Shown here one piece after another: positions 61,567-64,000 of a stretch of 64,000 bases of DNA. Source of the DNA: Alphaproteobacteria bacterium (lineage in GTDB: Bacteria > Pseudomonadota > Alphaproteobacteria > G965222575); contig OZ244958.1 of NCBI GenBank assembly GCA_965222575.1, forward strand, positions 448,001 to 512,000, written 5' to 3'. The notes below the pieces were generated by a model. The model was not told the DNA's origin. It saw only the letters and a program-made list of their open reading frames with translations, and ran no database searches. Numbering within the stretch: the first letter of the stretch is position 1; every line of letters begins with the position of its first letter. The translations under genes were made by a program, and so were the position numbers.

Positions 61567-62166
61567 ATGGGACAGACAGAGCGGGGGGAAAAGCTTGAAA
61601 ATAGGAGTGAACGCGTAAGACGCGAGTTCTTTTTGGGGCTTGATACTGTTACACTTGCCCGAAAACTCATTGGAATGCTTTTTGTCCATGAATATTGTCA
61701 TCAGACGCTTGCTGGTATTATCTCTGAAACTGAAGCTTATACCCAAGAAGACCGAGCCTCTCATTCCTTCAACGGGCCTACTAACAGAAATCAAGCTATG
61801 TTTGGACGCCCGGGAACCCTTTATGTTTATCTTATTTATGGCGTGCATTATTGTGCTAATGTTGTAGCGGAAGAACAGGGACGGGGTTGTGCTGTTTTAC
61901 TGCGCACACTACTCCCCTTCAAGGGCCTCCATCATATGGCTCAGAATCGACAAAAATCGCCAACTCACCCAACCCTTACCTGTGGACCCGCTAACCTCAC
62001 AAAAGCTCTTGGTATCACCCTCAAACACAACAAAACAGACCTTTGCCTTGAACAAACCCCTCTCTTCCTCACTCCATCAACGCCCCCACTTTCTATTACG
62101 GCTACACCACGTATTGGAATCTCAAAAAATCAACAAAAACTCTGGCGATTCATAGGACAATTCTAA
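61567..62166 (+). CDS. mpg: 3-methyladenine DNA glycosylase (MPG/AAG family)
   Basis: ETEAY, ASHSF, YVYLIYGVH, AVLLR, GPANL, RIGI. Confidence 0.94.
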   Translation: MGQTERGEKLENRSERVRREFFLGLDTVTLARKLIGMLFVHEYCHQTLAGIISETEAYTQEDRASHSFNGPTNRNQAMFGRPGTLYVYLIYGVHYCANVVAEEQGRGCAVLLRTLLPFKGLHHMAQNRQKSPTHPTLTCGPANLTKALGITLKHNKTDLCLEQTPLFLTPSTPPLSITATPRIGISKNQQKLWRFIGQF

Positions 62167-64000
62167 GACCCCGCACTTAAAAGCTTCATATCCCCTCCAG
62201 AAGCCGTTGTGTCTATTGACACTGTCTTCTCCGTCGTAAAAGAATGCAGATAACGCGGACCGCCAGCCTTAGGGCCTGTCCCTGATAATCCACAACCTCC
62301 AAAGGGGTGAATGCCAACTTGTGCCCCTATTTGATTCCTATTGACATAAATATTGCCAGCTCTCATCTTCTTGCTCACCTTCTCTATCCTGTCATCACAG
62401 CGACTATGAAAACCGAATGTTAAACCGTAACCAGTCCCATTAATCTCTTCTAAAACCTCATCAAGCTCCTGCTTCTTGTACCGACTAATGTGCAAAATAG
62501 GACCGAAAACCTCCTTCTCAGGGAGCCTAATGTCCGGCAAAAGCCATGCCTGTGGAGGGACAAAATACCCCCTAGAAGACGGCACCTGCCCACACGCTAC
62601 TCGCTTACAACCCCTAGAGGGCAACCCCTCTACCCATTCTTCTATCTCACGCTGCGCCTCCCCTGATATCACAGGACCAATATCCGTGGACCTATCCCAC
62701 GATATCCCCACTTTCAATTCCTCTAAAGCCCCTCCTATCATCTCTATTTGCTTCTCCGCAATTTCCTCCTGTAAATATAACACACGCAACGCCGAACACC
62801 GCTGTCCCGCACTCCGAAACGCCCCGCTTAACACATCGCGCGTCACCTGCTCCGTCAACGCCGACGAATCCACCACCATGGCGTTAATCCCTCCAGTTTC
62901 CGCTATCAGTGTGGCAATAGACCCCTCCCTTTGCGATAACCGACGATTAATCTTTCGCGCCGTCTCCGTACTCCCAGTGAACGCAACCCCGCTTAACCGA
63001 TTGTCTAATAATATCTCCGAACACACCTCTTCTCCTTCCCCCGGCAACACATGTAAAACACCGCGCGGTACCCCCGCCTCATAAAGTATCTTTACCGCCT
63101 CAAACGCTATCAACGGCGTTAACTCAGAAGGCTTCGCTAGTACGCTGTTCCCAACAGATAACGCAGCGCAAACCTGTCCTAAAAAAATGGCAAAGGGAAA
63201 ATTCCACGGCGATATACACAAAAATACCCCCTTCCCCTCAACATAATACCTGTTCTCTTCCCCTGTTGCCCCTACTAATAACTGCTCCTGTAAAACCTTC
63301 TCCGATTCTACCGCATAATATCTCAAAAAATCTATCCCCTCCCGTACCTCCGATATACACTCTTCTAAACAACGACCCCCCTCAACACTGATTAAGGACA
63401 CCAACTCCGGGGACTTCTCCTCCATCCTTAAAGCCGCATCTTCTAAAATCTTGCGCCGCTCCCCTTTGCTTCTCCTCCTCCATCCCTCTTGTGCCAAACT
63501 CGCCTCCCCTAAAGCCACCACCGCCTCTTCTCTACCGCAAGACTCTACAGCACCAACAAGTAAAGACCTATCATTAGGACTCCTAACTTCAAGCTTCCCT
63601 GAATCACTTGTCTCCTTCTTGCGCAATGACTTCAATAACTTTGATACCGACTGCTCCAAAACCAATAAATCTTTTTCATTACGCATATTCATCCCTCTGC
63701 TATTACGCCGCCCCCTCAATATCTCCCCAGGCTTCCTCACGCAACTCTTCCCCTTCTGATGTAACGGATCCTGCATCACTTCCTCTACCTTTTTTGTTTT
63801 ATCTGATAATTGTTGCACAAAAGAACTATTCGCTCCATTTTCTAATAAACGACGCACTAAATACGCTAATAAATCATCCTGCCCCCCAACAGGTGCGTAA
63901 ATACGAGGGGGATTAATTGCAAATTTTTCCTGCAAAACCTTATACATACAAGCCCCCATGCCGTGAAGACGTTGAAACTCCCAACCCTTGTAATCGCCTC
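62163..64000 (-). CDS. putA: Bifunctional proline dehydrogenase / P5C dehydrogenase PutA (5' part beyond window)
   Basis: EFQRLHGMG, YLVRRLLENGANSSF, ISPWNFP, AETGG, SAGQRCSA, GTGPKAGG. Confidence 0.97.
   Translation of the reverse strand, partial: GDYKGWEFQRLHGMGACMYKVLQEKFAINPPRIYAPVGGQDDLLAYLVRRLLENGANSSFVQQLSDKTKKVEEVMQDPLHQKGKSCVRKPGEILRGRRNSRGMNMRNEKDLLVLEQSVSKLLKSLRKKETSDSGKLEVRSPNDRSLLVGAVESCGREEAVVALGEASLAQEGWRRRSKGERRKILEDAALRMEEKSPELVSLISVEGGRCLEECISEVREGIDFLRYYAVESEKVLQEQLLVGATGEENRYYVEGKGVFLCISPWNFPFAIFLGQVCAALSVGNSVLAKPSELTPLIAFEAVKILYEAGVPRGVLHVLPGEGEEVCSEILLDNRLSGVAFTGSTETARKINRRLSQREGSIATLIAETGGINAMVVDSSALTEQVTRDVLSGAFRSAGQRCSALRVLYLQEEIAEKQIEMIGGALEELKVGISWDRSTDIGPVISGEAQREIEEWVEGLPSRGCKRVACGQVPSSRGYFVPPQAWLLPDIRLPEKEVFGPILHISRYKKQELDEVLEEINGTGYGLTFGFHSRCDDRIEKVSKKMRAGNIYVNRNQIGAQVGIHPFGGCGLSGTGPKAGGPRYLHSFTTEKTVSIDTTASGGDMKLLSAGS

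Noticed and set aside
61357-61848. 163-aa minus-strand ORF over the secF-mpg gap
   Set aside because: Antisense to mpg and translates the local tandem repeat

Overview
Ori-proximal core-genome segment of a compact, fast-evolving alphaproteobacterium, probably host-associated (inferred from gene order and local gene losses). It holds about 60 mostly housekeeping CDSs: dprA, mnmG-rsmG-parB, ubiE/B, an aa3 cytochrome c oxidase operon, TRAP, prfA/prmC, ispG, rpsF-rpsR-rplI, grpE, fabA/B, obgE, dnaN-recF, uvrB, ccm, Liv-type ABC, dnaQ-coaE-maf-DUF299, two porin-like genes, ribF-ileS-lspA, fzlA-queG, ThiXYZ-like ABC, yajC-secDF, mpg and putA. I saw no tRNA, rRNA, IS, phage or cas genes. Standout signals: (1) a 2.6-kb, 27-unit hierarchical G-rich repeat array (about 60-bp core plus 0-3 shuffled 24-bp modules) that starts inside the rplI 3' end, ends at the grpE stop, opposes the local strand skew, is dense in GGGNAGGG and may fold into repeated RNA hairpins; (2) a CcmG-CcmH fusion whose thioredoxin CxxC is replaced by SxxS, plus a probable CcmC-CcmD fusion; (3) extreme C/A-versus-G/T strand asymmetry that reshapes protein composition; (4) an oriC candidate next to DUF299 with a perfect CtrA box and an IHF-like site, and a parS site inside rsmG with no adjacent parA; (5) a duplicated ribF start grafted onto a ThiE-like protein; (6) an unassigned structured intergenic element at 47.2 kb. 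All counts are manual and no database searches were run.
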